A stretch of DNA of 64,000 nt from Octopus sinensis (Eukaryota), in the NCBI RefSeq assembly GCF_006345805.1, contig NC_043001.1, positions 81,778,001 through 81,842,000 on the forward strand, written 5' to 3'. Positions 13,262 to 25,465 of the stretch are shown piece after piece (position 1 is the stretch's first letter; every line of letters starts with the position of its first letter). A program made the position numbers and the translations under genes. The notes below the pieces were generated by a model. That model saw only the letters and a list, made by a program, of their open reading frames with translations, did no database searches and was not told the origin of the DNA.

Positions 13262-13553
13262 CAGTGGTTCCCAAAGTTTTCCAGGTTACCGCCCCCTCGG
13301 TTCTAAGGCCATATTCCCAGTGCCCCCCCCCCACACACACACACACCACAACCACCACCACCACCACCACTCACATCACAGACCATTTTCTGCAGCAAAT
13401 TCAAATCGACAGTATTTCACAAATAAAACTTCTTTTTTTTTTACATCCATTGCCCAGTTTTCGTCACCTCATTATTGTCTCATTTTTCTTCAACACCCAC
13501 CTGGATCTTCCCCCCCCCAGGGGGGTTGTTACCACCCAGTTTGATAACCACTG
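13262..13553. mobile_element. hAT-type MITE with perfect 8-bp TSD
   Basis: TIRs CAGTGGTTCCCAAA / TTTGATAACCACTG; TSD AGTTAACC at 13254-13261 and 13554-13561. Confidence 0.8.
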
Positions 13554-13698
13554 AGTTAACCTACTGCTTTGTGCTGTAAATTTTGGTTCGAAAAGTTTAA
13601 CTTGCATGGTGGAAAAACATGGTACACACACACACACACACACAACATACACAACAACACACACACACACACACACACCAAGATACAAACTAACTTAC

Positions 13699-13829
13699 TT
13701 AACGATATCTGTGTGTCCATTCCTGGCAGCTAAATGGAGGCAAGTGGTATGTTCATTATCAACCATGTCGTCTGCCTGGTCCTTCAAAAGTTCTTGACAT
13801 TGACTGCTTTTTATAAGGAGTTCCACCAC
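13699..13829 (-). CDS. Caskin: Caskin-like ankyrin-repeat exon (131 nt, phase 0 to 2)
   Basis: Acceptor tttctttccag, donor AA|gtaagt. Encodes VVELLIKSSQCQELLKDQADDMVDNEHTTCLHLAARNGHTDIV(K), colinear with Caskin VVQLLL...LHLAAKNGHIDII. Confidence 0.93.
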
Positions 13830-14062
13830 CTGGAAAGAAACCAATTCTTAAGAATATCAAAGAACTAGAGAGTAATATTACATATAATTTAATAGGCAAC
13901 ATTTCACTTTATGAAGTAAGAAGCTTGGGTTTAACCCTTTCATGACCATAATTCTTTGTTTCAATTACTTTTGAAAATAATGAAGAATTTAGTAGAGTAA
14001 CTTTGGTCAAAGTGGTCGCAGAAAGATTGGTATCAACTATGTCAAAATGGACAAGATGAAAT

Positions 14063-14300
14063 CATCATCATCATCATCATCGTTTAACGTCCGTTTTCCA
14101 TGCTAGCATGGGTTGGACGGTTCGACCGGGGTCTGGGAAGCCAGAAGGCTGCACCAGGCTCCAGTCTGATCTGGCAGTGTTTCTACAGCTGGATGCCCTT
14201 CCTAATGCCAACCACACCATGGATGTGTAGTGGGTGCTTTTTACGTGCCAAGCGAGGCTGGCAATGGCCACAATCGGATTGGTGCTTTTTACGTGCCAGA
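14063..14300 (-). mobile_element. SINE-like family B
   Basis: (CAT)n followed by CGTTTAACGTCCGTTTTCCATGCTAGCATGGG. Confidence 0.7.
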
Positions 14301-15257
14301 TTCCAAAATTTACACGAAGAACTACCAAGACAGATTGTTAACATCAAGATGAAATTTACAGCCAAACAATCCATATATTCATTAACCCTTTAACCTTTAA
14401 TTGAACCATATCTGGCACAAACTGTTTAGCTTGGAACATAGATTAACAGGAAATTTCAATGGAAACTTTTTCGTCACTTTAACCTCTTCATTGTTTCTGT
14501 TGAAATACATGGCTTTTATTTCAACTAATTTAGAAATTAATGAAAAATTTAGTAAAATAACTGTAGTTACTATGCTGATATTTTGGAACAAAAATTAACA
14601 TGGAATTTTGACAGAAGCTTTCCAATTTAGATTACTTTACGATTTTATCACCATATTTATGTTGAAATACACTGTCTTTCTTTCAATTAATTTGGAAAAT
14701 AAGAAAGAATTTAATAAACTAATTTTGTCATTATTAAGCTGGTGTTTAAGGTGGAGAGCTGGCAGAATCATTAGCACGCTGGACGAAATGCTGAGCGGTA
14801 TTTCGCCCATTTTACATCCTGAGTTCAAATTCCACAGAGATTGACTTTGTCTTCCATCCTTTCAGGGTCGATAAAATAAGTACCAGTTGAACACTGAGGT
14901 TCATGTAATCGACTCATCCCCACCTCACCCAAACAGCCTTTTTGGCAAAAATTTGAAATAATTATTAAGCTGGTTCTGTTGTGTCTGGGGAGAGTCATTT
15001 TCTTTTTGTGCCTTATAATTTAACACACTCACTGGTAAAATTTCCACTTTTTTCTTATTTTTATTTTCCTAAAATTTTCGTTGCGTCTTGCAACCTTTTC
15101 AATTTTACTGGTGAGTGTGTTAAATTATGAGGCACAAAAAGAAAATGACTCTCCCCAGACACAACAAAATATGCTTCAACACACGAACACATATAAAGAA
15201 TCTTGCAAACCAAATCCAAAAACGAAATGTTAAGCTGGTGTTTGGGATATAAATTAA

Positions 15258-15390
15258 TAGCCTTTTCCACTGTAGTTTCAATATCAGTCATGGTAGTATT
15301 TACTTTATGATGAATTAGGCCTAACGATAACAACAGGCGCCTCACACTGTGTCCAACAAACCCTCTACATCCGACTTCATTCCCAACATT
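15258..15390 (-). mobile_element. HERO/NeSL-like (R2 group) RLE C-terminal fragment
   Basis: EVGCRGFVGHSVRRLLLSLGL...IETTVEKA matches the EVGCRGF motif of restriction-like-endonuclease LINEs. Confidence 0.55.
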
Positions 15391-16153
15391 TAGGATATTC
15401 AGGACTATAGTGGAAAACACATGACAAAGTAGGGCTGCACGTTGGCACTGACCCAGAAACCATGTGATTGCAAAATAAGCTTTTTAACAAAACAGCCACA
15501 CCCTATACATAATTATATCTTATTTTTTACTTCTTTCAGTAGGATATGGCCATGCTGGGGCACCATCTTGAATTTTATGCTAACTAATTATCTTTTTGTA
15601 AGGTCTGGTACATAAACACACCAACACTGGCTGTGGGGTATAAACACAGAACATGCACACATATATATATATATATATATATGTACGCACATACATACAT
15701 ACATACACGATGAGCTTCTTTCAGTTTCTGTCTATCAGATCCACTCATAAGGCTTTGGTGGGCCCAAATCTATAGTAGAAGACACTTGCCCAAGGTGTCA
15801 CACAGTGGGACTGAACCTGGAACCATGTGGTTGGGAAGCAAGCTTCTTACCACACAGCCACACCTGCGCCTATACTCTCTCTCTCTCTTTTACTGGTTTC
15901 AGTCATTTGACTGTGGCCATGCCGGAGCACCGCCTTTAATCAAGCAACTTGGCCCCGGGACTTATTCTATGTAAGCCCAGTACTTATCCTATCGGTCTCT
16001 TTTGCCGAACCGCTAAGTGACGGGGACATAAACACCAGCATCGGTTGTCAAGCAATGCTAGGGGGACAAACACAGACACACAAACATACACGCACACATA
16101 TATATATATGTAAAAAATACAAACTGGGACAAGAACGCAAAACATTTAGAAGA

Positions 16154-16236
<83 letters not shown>

Positions 16237-16484
16237 TACAACGGGCGTCTTTCAGTTTCCGTCTACCAAATCCACTCAAGGCTTTGGTCGGCCCGAGGCT
16301 ATAGTAGAAGACACTTGCCCAAGGTACCACGCAGTGGGACTGAACCCGGAACCATGTGGTTGGCAAGGCTACTACCACACAGCCACTCCTGCGCCTATGT
16401 GTATATAAAATATTTTGTGTGTGTGTATGTACCTATATATACCCACACACATAAATTATTGCATATCTATCTCTCTCTCTCTCT

Positions 16485-16601
<117 letters not shown>

Positions 16602-18327
16602 TTATGTGTAAATACATATTTCACTGTTAACAGTGTCTTTCCTTCGAAAAGTAAAAATATTCTTTCTACTTAAATCTATTGAATATAACCTTCTTTATAC
16701 ACAATATGACCTCCGTTAATCTTTGTTTATACGTCTATTAGCGTGTTTGTGTGTATACGCACACACAAACATTACACAAAACATACACACACGCACTCAT
16801 ATATACATGTACTGACGCTTCGTAGTCTTTGTTTACAATCTACTAGACGACAACAATTGCAACTATAACTGAGAAAACAATTAACCATTAGTTGTTCTAT
16901 GGATTTCACAAAGGACTCTATTTATTAAAGGTGCAGCTACTTTGCTGCGAGGAAAGTTCCGGAAGAGGATACGTAGCAAACCTTGGCTGAAATAGGGATC
17001 ATTGTAAAATAATTATTGGGAGTAACAAGGGAGGTAATTGTGAGGAGTTATTTCCCTTGCAACAAATAGGCGAGGGTGAAATATTCGTTGATGGATTAAA
17101 AAACAGAAAGCTTCCTTCTCTTTCCTGTTTTTTTTTCCTAATTAATAGAAAGGACAAATTGAAAATGTAGTGCAATTCACACCTTTGCTAAATTCTAATA
17201 GATAGCATTAGGCATCGAAATGCGACCAAGTAACAGCTATAATTATTCTTTATAATAGTTTCCAATTTAGGTATAAAAGTAAAGAAAGAAGTGGGGGAGG
17301 GTAACATCAACCCCCTGTTCTTCACTGGTACTTTATATTGTCAAGCCCTAAGTGACGAGAGATTACGTTGGTTTATAATAATAATGATAATCCTTTCTAC
17401 TATAAACGCAAGGCCTGAAATTTTGGGAGCAGGGGCTACTCAGTTTCATCATTCCCAACACTTATTTTATTGAGCCCTTGAAAGGACAAAACACATAGTC
17501 AACCTCAGCAAATTTGAACATAAAGACAGAGGAGATGAGACTAAGCATTTTGTCTGGCATGCTAATGAATCTGCCAGCTCACTGCTTTAATGAAGACGAT
17601 GATGATGAAGAAGAAGAAGATCCTTTCTTACCATAGGCACAAGGAAATTTTGGGGAAGGGTCTAATCTAAAGTACCAGTGCTTAAAACTAGTACTTATTT
17701 CAATGACCCAAAAAGGATGAAAGCCAAAGCTGACCTTGACAGAATTTGAACTCAAAATGCAAAGCCAGAATAAATGCTGCTAAGCATTTTGTCTTGGCAC
17801 AAGGCCAGCAATTCTGAGGAGAGAGTAAATCAAAACCTCAGTACTTGACTGGTACTTTATTTTACCAACTCAGAAAGAAATCAAATGCAAAGATGACATT
17901 GGGAGGATTTGAACTCAGAATGTAAAACAGGCATGGGAGTGGGTGTGTGGTAGGTTGCTTGCTTACCAACCACATGGTTCCAAGTTCAGTCCCACTGCAT
18001 GGCACCTTGGGCAAGTGTCTTCTACTATGGCCTCGGGCCAACCAAAGCTTTGTGAGTGGATTTGGTAGAAGGAAACTAAAAGAAGCCCGTCGTGTATATA
18101 TATATATATACACGACGGGCTTCTTTCAACTAAATCCACTCACAAGGCTTTGGTTGCCCTGGGTCTATAGTAGAAGACACTTGCCCAAAGTGTCATGCAG
18201 TGGGACTGAACCCAAAAGTATGTGGTTAAGAAGTAAACTTTTTACCACACAGCCACACTGGCACCTAAATGAAATAAAAATATTATGCTTCCACCATTCC
18301 TGACAAACAGTTTCTACATATTTTTAA

Positions 18328-18548
18328 CAGGGCTGTGGAGACTGATTCCGACTCACAATGTCTTTATTCTTTAATATAAACCAGTTATAATATATGGGCC
18401 TACTCAATACACAAGCGTATGCATATGCTTTTAGAGATATGTAGACCACAATCACTTAATTACATAAAGAGGAATCAGAATCGGAGTCGGAGGTGTCAAT
18501 AGTACAGGAGTCGGAGTCAAAGTTTTTTGTTTTGACTTCACAGCCTTG
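18328..18548. mobile_element. hAT-like MITE
   Basis: Imperfect TIR CAGGGCTGTGGAG / CTTCACAGCCTTG, internal GGAGTC repeats, near-identical 8-bp flanks ATTTTTAA / ATTTTAAA. Confidence 0.55.
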
Positions 18549-20220
18549 ATTTTAAATGCCAACCTTCATCACCTCTGCACCGCTGGTCACTGCAATTAGC
18601 AGTGCAGCTGCACTTTGAAACAGGTCAAACCAGATTAACAGGGTGCAATATAGAAAATAGCAGCTTATTAGCTCTCTTTCATCTAATTTTGGAGAACTGG
18701 AAAAACTATTAGAGTAACGGAAACAATGCTTTGTAGAAGTACTTCTGACTAATTACATCCTGAATCCTACTTCCTTCGGGGTCAACTCTGCTTTTCATCC
18801 ATCCGGAGTTGATAAAAATAAAATACCAGTAAAATACTAGGGTCAATGTAATTGACTTGCTTCTTCCGCTCCAAAATGTTGGCTGGCTTTGTGGCAAAAT
18901 TAAAAAGAATTTTATACAGGCAGAGGCATGGCTGTGCACTAAGAAACTTGCTTCCCAACCACATGGAGTTCCGAGTTCAGTCCCACTGCATGGAACCTTG
19001 GGCAAGTGTCTTCTATTATAAGGCTCAGGCTGACCAAAACCTTGTGAGTGGATTTGGTAGACAGAAACTGAAAGAAGCCCATCACATATAAATGTAGAGT
19101 GTATGTGTGTGTGTGTGTGTGTGTGTATGTGTGTGTGAAGTAAAAGACTAAAAGAATATGTATATATCTATGTGTGTGTCTTTGTGTCTGTTTGTCTCCC
19201 ACCACCACCACCACCTCACAACCAGTGTTGGTGCTTACATTCCTGTAACTTAGTGGTTCAACAAAAAAAGAGACCGATAGAATAGGTGGCAGGCTTTAAA
19301 AGAAAATCAGCCCTGAGATTGATTTGTTCAACTAAAAACCTGTCAAGGTGGTGCCCCAGTATGGCCACAGTCAAATGACTGAAAGAAGCAAAAGATAAAT
19401 GGTAAAATGTAAACAACATCCAAAATACCACCATCACAGCAGCAGCAGGAGCAGTAGTAGCAACTCTGCCATGACCACCACCACTGCCGCCATCACCACC
19501 ACCAAGGTCTTCGTCTTTGAATATCTATATGTCTCATAAAGTCACAGAACTGAATCTAGAAATTTGTCTCCAAGATGTAAGCCTGAGTAAAGATTCTTTT
19601 AATCCAAGACCAGCATGTACCTCTCTCCACACCATTGATGGTATTTATAGAAAAGGAAAACGGTCCATACAGTTTGGAACCAGTATCATCACAGTTTGTT
19701 GCTGTCAGAACACTTAGATCAGGAACATATTCTGCAAGGCAACTTAATTCTACCATTCCATTGCACTTATTTATTGACTCGGAAAGAATGAATGCCAAAG
19801 TCGACTAGAGTGGGATAGGAACTCAGAGCAAAGAGGGAGAGAAAAATACCATAAGGCATCCTATCTAACATTCTAACAGCTCTAGTAAATTATCAGCAAC
19901 ATTACCTGCATATTATGACAAAGATGATTTAAAACGACAGGGTAGCTTAAGTCAAAAGGCACTCATAGAAAAGAAGACATTGCCATCAAAATTTAGAGCA
20001 GCTAAAGTCAAAAGAAGCTTACAGAAAACAAAATGACAACACTGATGGCAAAAGTTAAGGCATCTAAAGTCAAATAATGCTTATAGAAAATGATGAGACA
20101 ATGATGTCAAAAGTGAGGGTAGCTAAAGTCAAAAAGCACTTAGAGAAAACTTAATGAGTATGATGATATCTAATGTCAGTGTAACTAAAATCAAAGATGC
20201 TTATGGAAAACATGACCTAC

Positions 20221-20316
20221 CCGAAATCGACCGAATTCACAGGCCGAGTCTATTGGTGTACGATGTGCGTTATTTACAATGCGTGGGTCAGCATGTTGCA
20301 CCAATAACATGTTCAC
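20221..20316 (-). CDS. Caskin: Caskin-like ankyrin-repeat exon (96 nt, phase 0 to 0)
   Basis: Acceptor ctttctcttgacag, donor CGG|gtaggt. Encodes VNMLLVQHADPRIVNNAHRTPIDSACEFGRFR, in frame with the previous exon; ACEFGR is a Caskin hallmark. Not in the ORF track. Confidence 0.93.
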
Positions 20317-20928
20317 CTGTCAAGAGAAAGTAAAAAAAAAGCATGAATTAGTATTAGTGTGATTAAAACATTAGGGGTGATTCTACAAGGATTCACAAAT
20401 TAGAATAAGGTTTCATATATCACAGAAACAACAAAAGAAGGGTCAATTTTTGATTTTTTAATTAAGCAAATTGTACAGGCCAAAAATTATTTATGACAGT
20501 TTATCTTTCTATGCCTAAAATGCTTTGTCAGTAGATCAAGCAAACTTGAGCAAACTATATACTGTGTTGATGAGGTCTATCTTGCTGAACTGCTAAATTA
20601 TGAGAATGTAAACAAACCAACACTGGTTTGTCAAGCAGGTGTGGGGTGAGGTGGGGTGGTGGCGATACATACACAGGAACATAAACACACTAGTATCGGT
20701 TGTCAAGCCATGGTGGGGAAGAAACAAATACAGAGATACACACATATATACATACATGCATATATATACTCTTGGAGTGGTTGGTATTAGGAAGGGCAAC
20801 CTTGCCAAATCAGGTTGGAGCCTGGTGCAGCCTCCCGGCTTGCCAGTTCTCAGTCAAACCGTCGAGCCCATGCCAGCATGGTAAACTGACAGTAAACAAC
20901 AATGATTATATATACACACACACATATA

Positions 20929-21305
20929 CACTTGCGTCAGAAATTAATTAGCACTTCTCAAATTTCTACATTAAATAGGTTAAATCAATTAACCTATGAG
21001 CTGTTCAAAACGTCTTACGCGATGAGAAAACTTAGTATGGTGTGATTTCGGTCCTTGCGAGGCGCTACCTATATCTATTAAACAAAGGAAGATTTGTCTG
21101 CATCCGCACTCCAAGTTGTTGTTGCACTGCTATGTCAACATCATAAGGCTGTAGACTATCAAACTGCTCTGCAAACAAAGTTACGTCATCGTTCTGTGCA
21201 ACAGTGAACTCGCAACAAAGCAATAGTTCGAGATATGGCCACTAGGTGACAGCACATACCTTGAGTGAAGAGCAAATCAAGGCTGCTAATTAATTTCTGA
21301 CGGTA

Positions 21306-21308
<3 letters not shown>
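20929..21308. mobile_element. Tc1/mariner-type MITE
   Basis: TIR core CGTCAGAAATTAATTAGCA is perfect over 19 bp; CACT...AGTG ends; TA on both sides. Confidence 0.75.
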
Positions 21309-21340
<32 letters not shown>

Positions 21341-22120
21341 TATCACACACACACATATATACAAGATTCTTTCAGTTCCAGTCAACCACATCCATTCAGA
21401 AGGTTTTGGTTGGCCCGAAGCTATAGTAGAAGACACTTTGCCCATGGTGCCATGCAGTGGGACTGAACTTGAAATGATGTGGTTGGGGAGCAAGCTTCTT
21501 ACTACACAGCCATACCTGCACCTAGTTGCAGACTTAAAATAGAAAATATGTACCGAGGTTGATTTGTTCAACTAAAAACCCTTCAAAACAGTACTCCAGC
21601 ATGGCCGCAGTTCAATAACTCAACCATGTAAAAGAGAAGAATGGTTATCTCCCCTGTTCATCACATAGCATTTTTTTCATTCATACCTATAGCTCCTCAC
21701 TCAATCACTCCTTCCTCATCTTGCTCAACAATCGTCTTCTGTTTCCTGATTGATTGAGGACAGCAGTGAACCTCATTGCTTCCTGTCCATGTAATTAACC
21801 CGGAAGCATTCAGATTCCTCTGTCAGTTGTAATGTATATTTATTCACATTGCTTTCAATTAATCCGGAATATCTCTTAGCTTCAACATTTCAATCACCTG
21901 ACGTTTTGCTATTTTTAGAACAACATTGCGGGATAGGTGTGTTCGAGGCTAAATCTGGTCAGTTTGAATGTAAAACAGGGCAAAAAATTTGATCAGATAA
22001 TTGGCACCCCATCGACTATGATGATGAGTGTTCCTGTTGATCTGATCAATGGAACAGCCTGCTCGTGAAATTAATATGCAAGTGGCTGAGCAGTCCACAG
22101 ACATGTGTACCCTTAATGTA

Positions 22121-22396
22121 GAGCGTCGGCTGCGGGGTCACTCCGAAAAGCTCTATCTGTGACGATTTCATCTCAATCGAAGGAGAGGGGCTTTCTCTGT
22201 CCGGGTTGCGGATCCATGGAATAAGCTGCCGGACGAGATAGTGAAGATGCTGACGACCACTCGGTAAAAAGTCTCATTTGACCAGAAATGGCCTGAACAG
22301 TTTGCATGAACACCACCCTGTACATAACTCCATGTCCCCCTACATGGCCTTGCTTTTTGCTTTTTGAGCCAAAAAATTAACTTAACTAACTTAACT
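22121..22396 (+). mobile_element. CR1-clade LINE 3' end (same family as 12086-12600)
   Basis: High identity to the reverse complement of about 12086-12360; ends in an aacttaactaacttaact tail; nested inside another SINE. Confidence 0.85.
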
Positions 22397-22600
22397 CAAG
22401 GAGATTCGGCATGACACAGAATATGACATGGCTAACTTCTGGTCAGTTTGAACATGGAACAGAGTGAATATTTGGGCCAGATAACTGGCACCCCATCAAT
22501 TGCAATGACAAGTGTTTCACTTCATCTGATTAACGGAACAGCCTGCTTGTAAGATTAATGTGCTAGTGACTGAGCACTCCACAGATATGTGTACCCTTAA

Positions 22601-23200
22601 CCCTTTGATTACTGTATATATTTTGAGATGCTCTGTGTTTCTTTTAATTAATTTTAAAGGAGTGGCTGTGTGGCAAGTAGCTTGCTTACCAACCACATGG
22701 TCCCCAGGTTCATTCCCACTGCATGGCACCTTAGGCAAGTGTCTTCTACTATAGCCTCGAGCCAACCAAAGCCTTGTGAGTGGATTTGGTAGACGGAAAA
22801 TTGAAAGAAGCCCGTAGTATATATATAAGTATGTGTGTGTATATGTTTGTGTGTCTGCGTTTGTACCCCCCATCATCGCTTGACAACCAATGGTGGTGTG
22901 TTTATGTTCCGTAACTTAGTGGTTCAGCAAAAGAGACGGATAGAATAAGTACTAGGCTTACAAAGAATAAGTCCTGGGGTCGATTTGCTCGACTAAAGGC
23001 GGTGCTCCAGCATGGCCACAGTCAAACGACTGGAACAAGTAAAAGAGTAAAGAGGAAATAACTTAATTATCATTAAGCTAATGTTAGGAACATAAATTGT
23101 GACTATGGTTTGGTGGAAGATTTTAATTCAAAACTTATGAAAACAAGGCATTTGTACTACAGAGGCACAGGCAGTTTCAGCCGGGTTGGTATTGAAAGGG
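22601..23200. mobile_element. piggyBac-type MITE family E with nested SINE
   Basis: TTAA|CCCTTT...AAAGGG|TTAA; contains a full family A SINE (about 22661-23055) and sits in a family D SINE. Confidence 0.65.
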
Positions 23201-23369
23201 TTAATGTAGTTCTCAGGGGGATTCAGTGTGACACTGAATGTGACAGGGCTGGCCCTTTGAATTACATGTACAATTCATTTTTGTCAGTTGAGTGGACTGG
23301 AGCAATATGAAATAAAGTGTCTTGCTCAAGAACACAATGCATTTCCAGTTCTTTCTTGATTGTACCCTT

Positions 23370-23790
23370 CTTCTCGATCTTGGCCCAAACTGTTTACTAA
23401 TAATTGTGGAAGCCTTCTGTCTGGCTTTTCTAATTTCTTGGGCCCCACTCGTCAACTGCATGCCCTCTCCACACCCCATATTGTCTGTGAGCCTTGCAAA
23501 ATGTCTGGTTTTAAGGAACTTTTGCATTCAAGATTCTGCAATTCGATTTCTCTGCTCTGTAGTCAAATTATCTCAAGTTTGGATATACTCTCGCAAGGAT
23601 ACTCCTAGCATGGATCTTTCCAAGGCTCTTTGCTTCATAGCCAATCAGTGTTCTGTCTTTGTAGTAACCCATCTCTCTCGCTTGCAAGGAAGAGTGCAGG
23701 CAGAATAAACCTATTGAAGAAACTGGAATCCAGTACCTTGTCCAGCTTTGTTTTGAGCACGGCTTCTATTCAAGTAAACACATTCCATCT
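23370..23790 (-). mobile_element. Degraded RTE-like LINE fragment
   Basis: Minus frames give LAMKQRALERSMLGVSLREYI and HFARLTDN, typical RTE post-RT motifs, with stops and frameshifts. Confidence 0.6.
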
Positions 23791-23873
23791 GACCCTTATT
23801 CAACTTGAGATTACAGCATACATGATTTGATGTATACTGTAGCTCCCAAATAAACTGAATTTTTCAGACCATA

Positions 23874-24282
23874 GGCGTAGGAGTGGCTGTGTGGTAAGTA
23901 GCTTGCTTACCAACCACATGGTTCCGGCTTCAGTCCCACTGCATGACATCTTGGACAAATGTCTTCTACTATAGTCTCAGGTCGTCCAAAGCCTTGTGAG
24001 TGGATTTGGTAGACGGGAAACTGAAAGAAGCCTGTCGTATATATGTATATGTATATAAATGTGTGTGTGTGTGTGTGTATGTTTGTCCCCCCCAACATCG
24101 TTTGACAACTGATGCTGGTGTGTTTACGTCCCCGTAACTTAGCAGTTCGGCAAAAAGAGACCGAAAAAATAAGTACTAGGCTTACAAAGAATAAGTCCTG
24201 GGGTCGATTTGCTCGACTAAAGGCGGTGCTCCAGCATAGCCGCAGTCAAATGACTGAAACAAGTAAAAGAGAGTAAAAGAGT
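23874..24282 (+). mobile_element. SINE family A, full length
   Basis: A-box-like TGGCTGTGTGGTAAG, B-box-like GGTTCCGGCTTCAGTCCC, tail ACAAGTAAAAGAGAGTAAAAGAG. Confidence 0.8.
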
Positions 24283-25284
24283 AGCTCAAAAGAAAAGTAG
24301 GTCAACTTATACACCAAAACGACATTGGAGGATCAAATGTTCCATGTGACATGCAGCAGGTTTTGGGGAGACAGCGACAATGTTTATATGCTTACACATG
24401 TTTATATTATATGCTACATTAAATTGACTTGTATGCTGAAAAGCTAAAAAGTAGTGTGAGTATGTGTTTGAGATCTGAATCAAACAGCATTAGGTCAGTA
24501 AAACTAAATATATCTACTTTCATTTTATTCCTACATGTTCCTTTAATGATGTATTCACGCATACACACAGATACCTTACATGTAATACAAATGCATGGAT
24601 AATTGCACATAAAAACACACAGATAAATGCACACCTATACATAATATAGACATACAGAGAAATACATAAGCCCACATGCGATGAAATACACACACAAACT
24701 TAGAGACAAATACACAAGCACAAACATAGACAGCTACATACATACACACACACACATACAGACATACACAGACACAGTGGAAAAAGGGTTAAGTGTTAAT
24801 GGAGCATGAAAAAAAAAATGGTGTTATGTGATTAGATTTAGGATCAAAGTAAAGTATTTAAGACTAAAGAAGTCACCATGGAACATCACACCTATCATAA
24901 AGTTGGTGTGGCATCGGTGTTGGTGGTGGGGGTGAGGGTTTGTGTGTGAGAGGAGAGAAGAGAGAAGGGATGGGTGGAATGGCAGGAGGGAGGGAGAGAA
25001 GCGAGAGAGAGAATGTGAGAGACAGAGATGGAATGGAGGTTGGAAGATCTGGGTGGAAAAGAGAGAGGAAGGAAGAAGGAGAGGTAAGAGTGAGAGAAGG
25101 CTGATGGAGGGATGGTGGGAGAGAAGAGGAAGGGTGGGGGAAGAGGGAGGTGGAGGAGGCGGGAGGGAGATAGGGAGAAGAGGGAGAGGGGGAAGATGGA
25201 GGGAGGGAGAAAGAGGAGAGAAGAGAGAGAAAAGATGAGAGTAAAGAGAAAGAGCCGAGGAAGGATAGAGAAGAGGCAATTAAG

Positions 25285-25465
25285 GAGAGAGAAGAGGCGA
25301 GGAAAGAGAGAGAAGAGGCGATGAAAGAGAGAGAAGAGGCGAGGAAGGAGAGAGAAGAGGCGAGGAAGGAGAGAGAAGAGGCGAGGAAGGAGAGAGAAGA
25401 GGCGAGGAAGGAGAGAGAAGAGGCGAGGAAAGAGAGAGAAGAGGCGAGGAAGGAGAGAGAAGAGG
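25285..25465 (+). repeat. 21-bp purine minisatellite (GAGAGAGAAGAGGCGAGGAAR) x about 8.5
   Basis: Directly visible; source of the spurious KEREEAR ORF. Confidence 0.9.
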
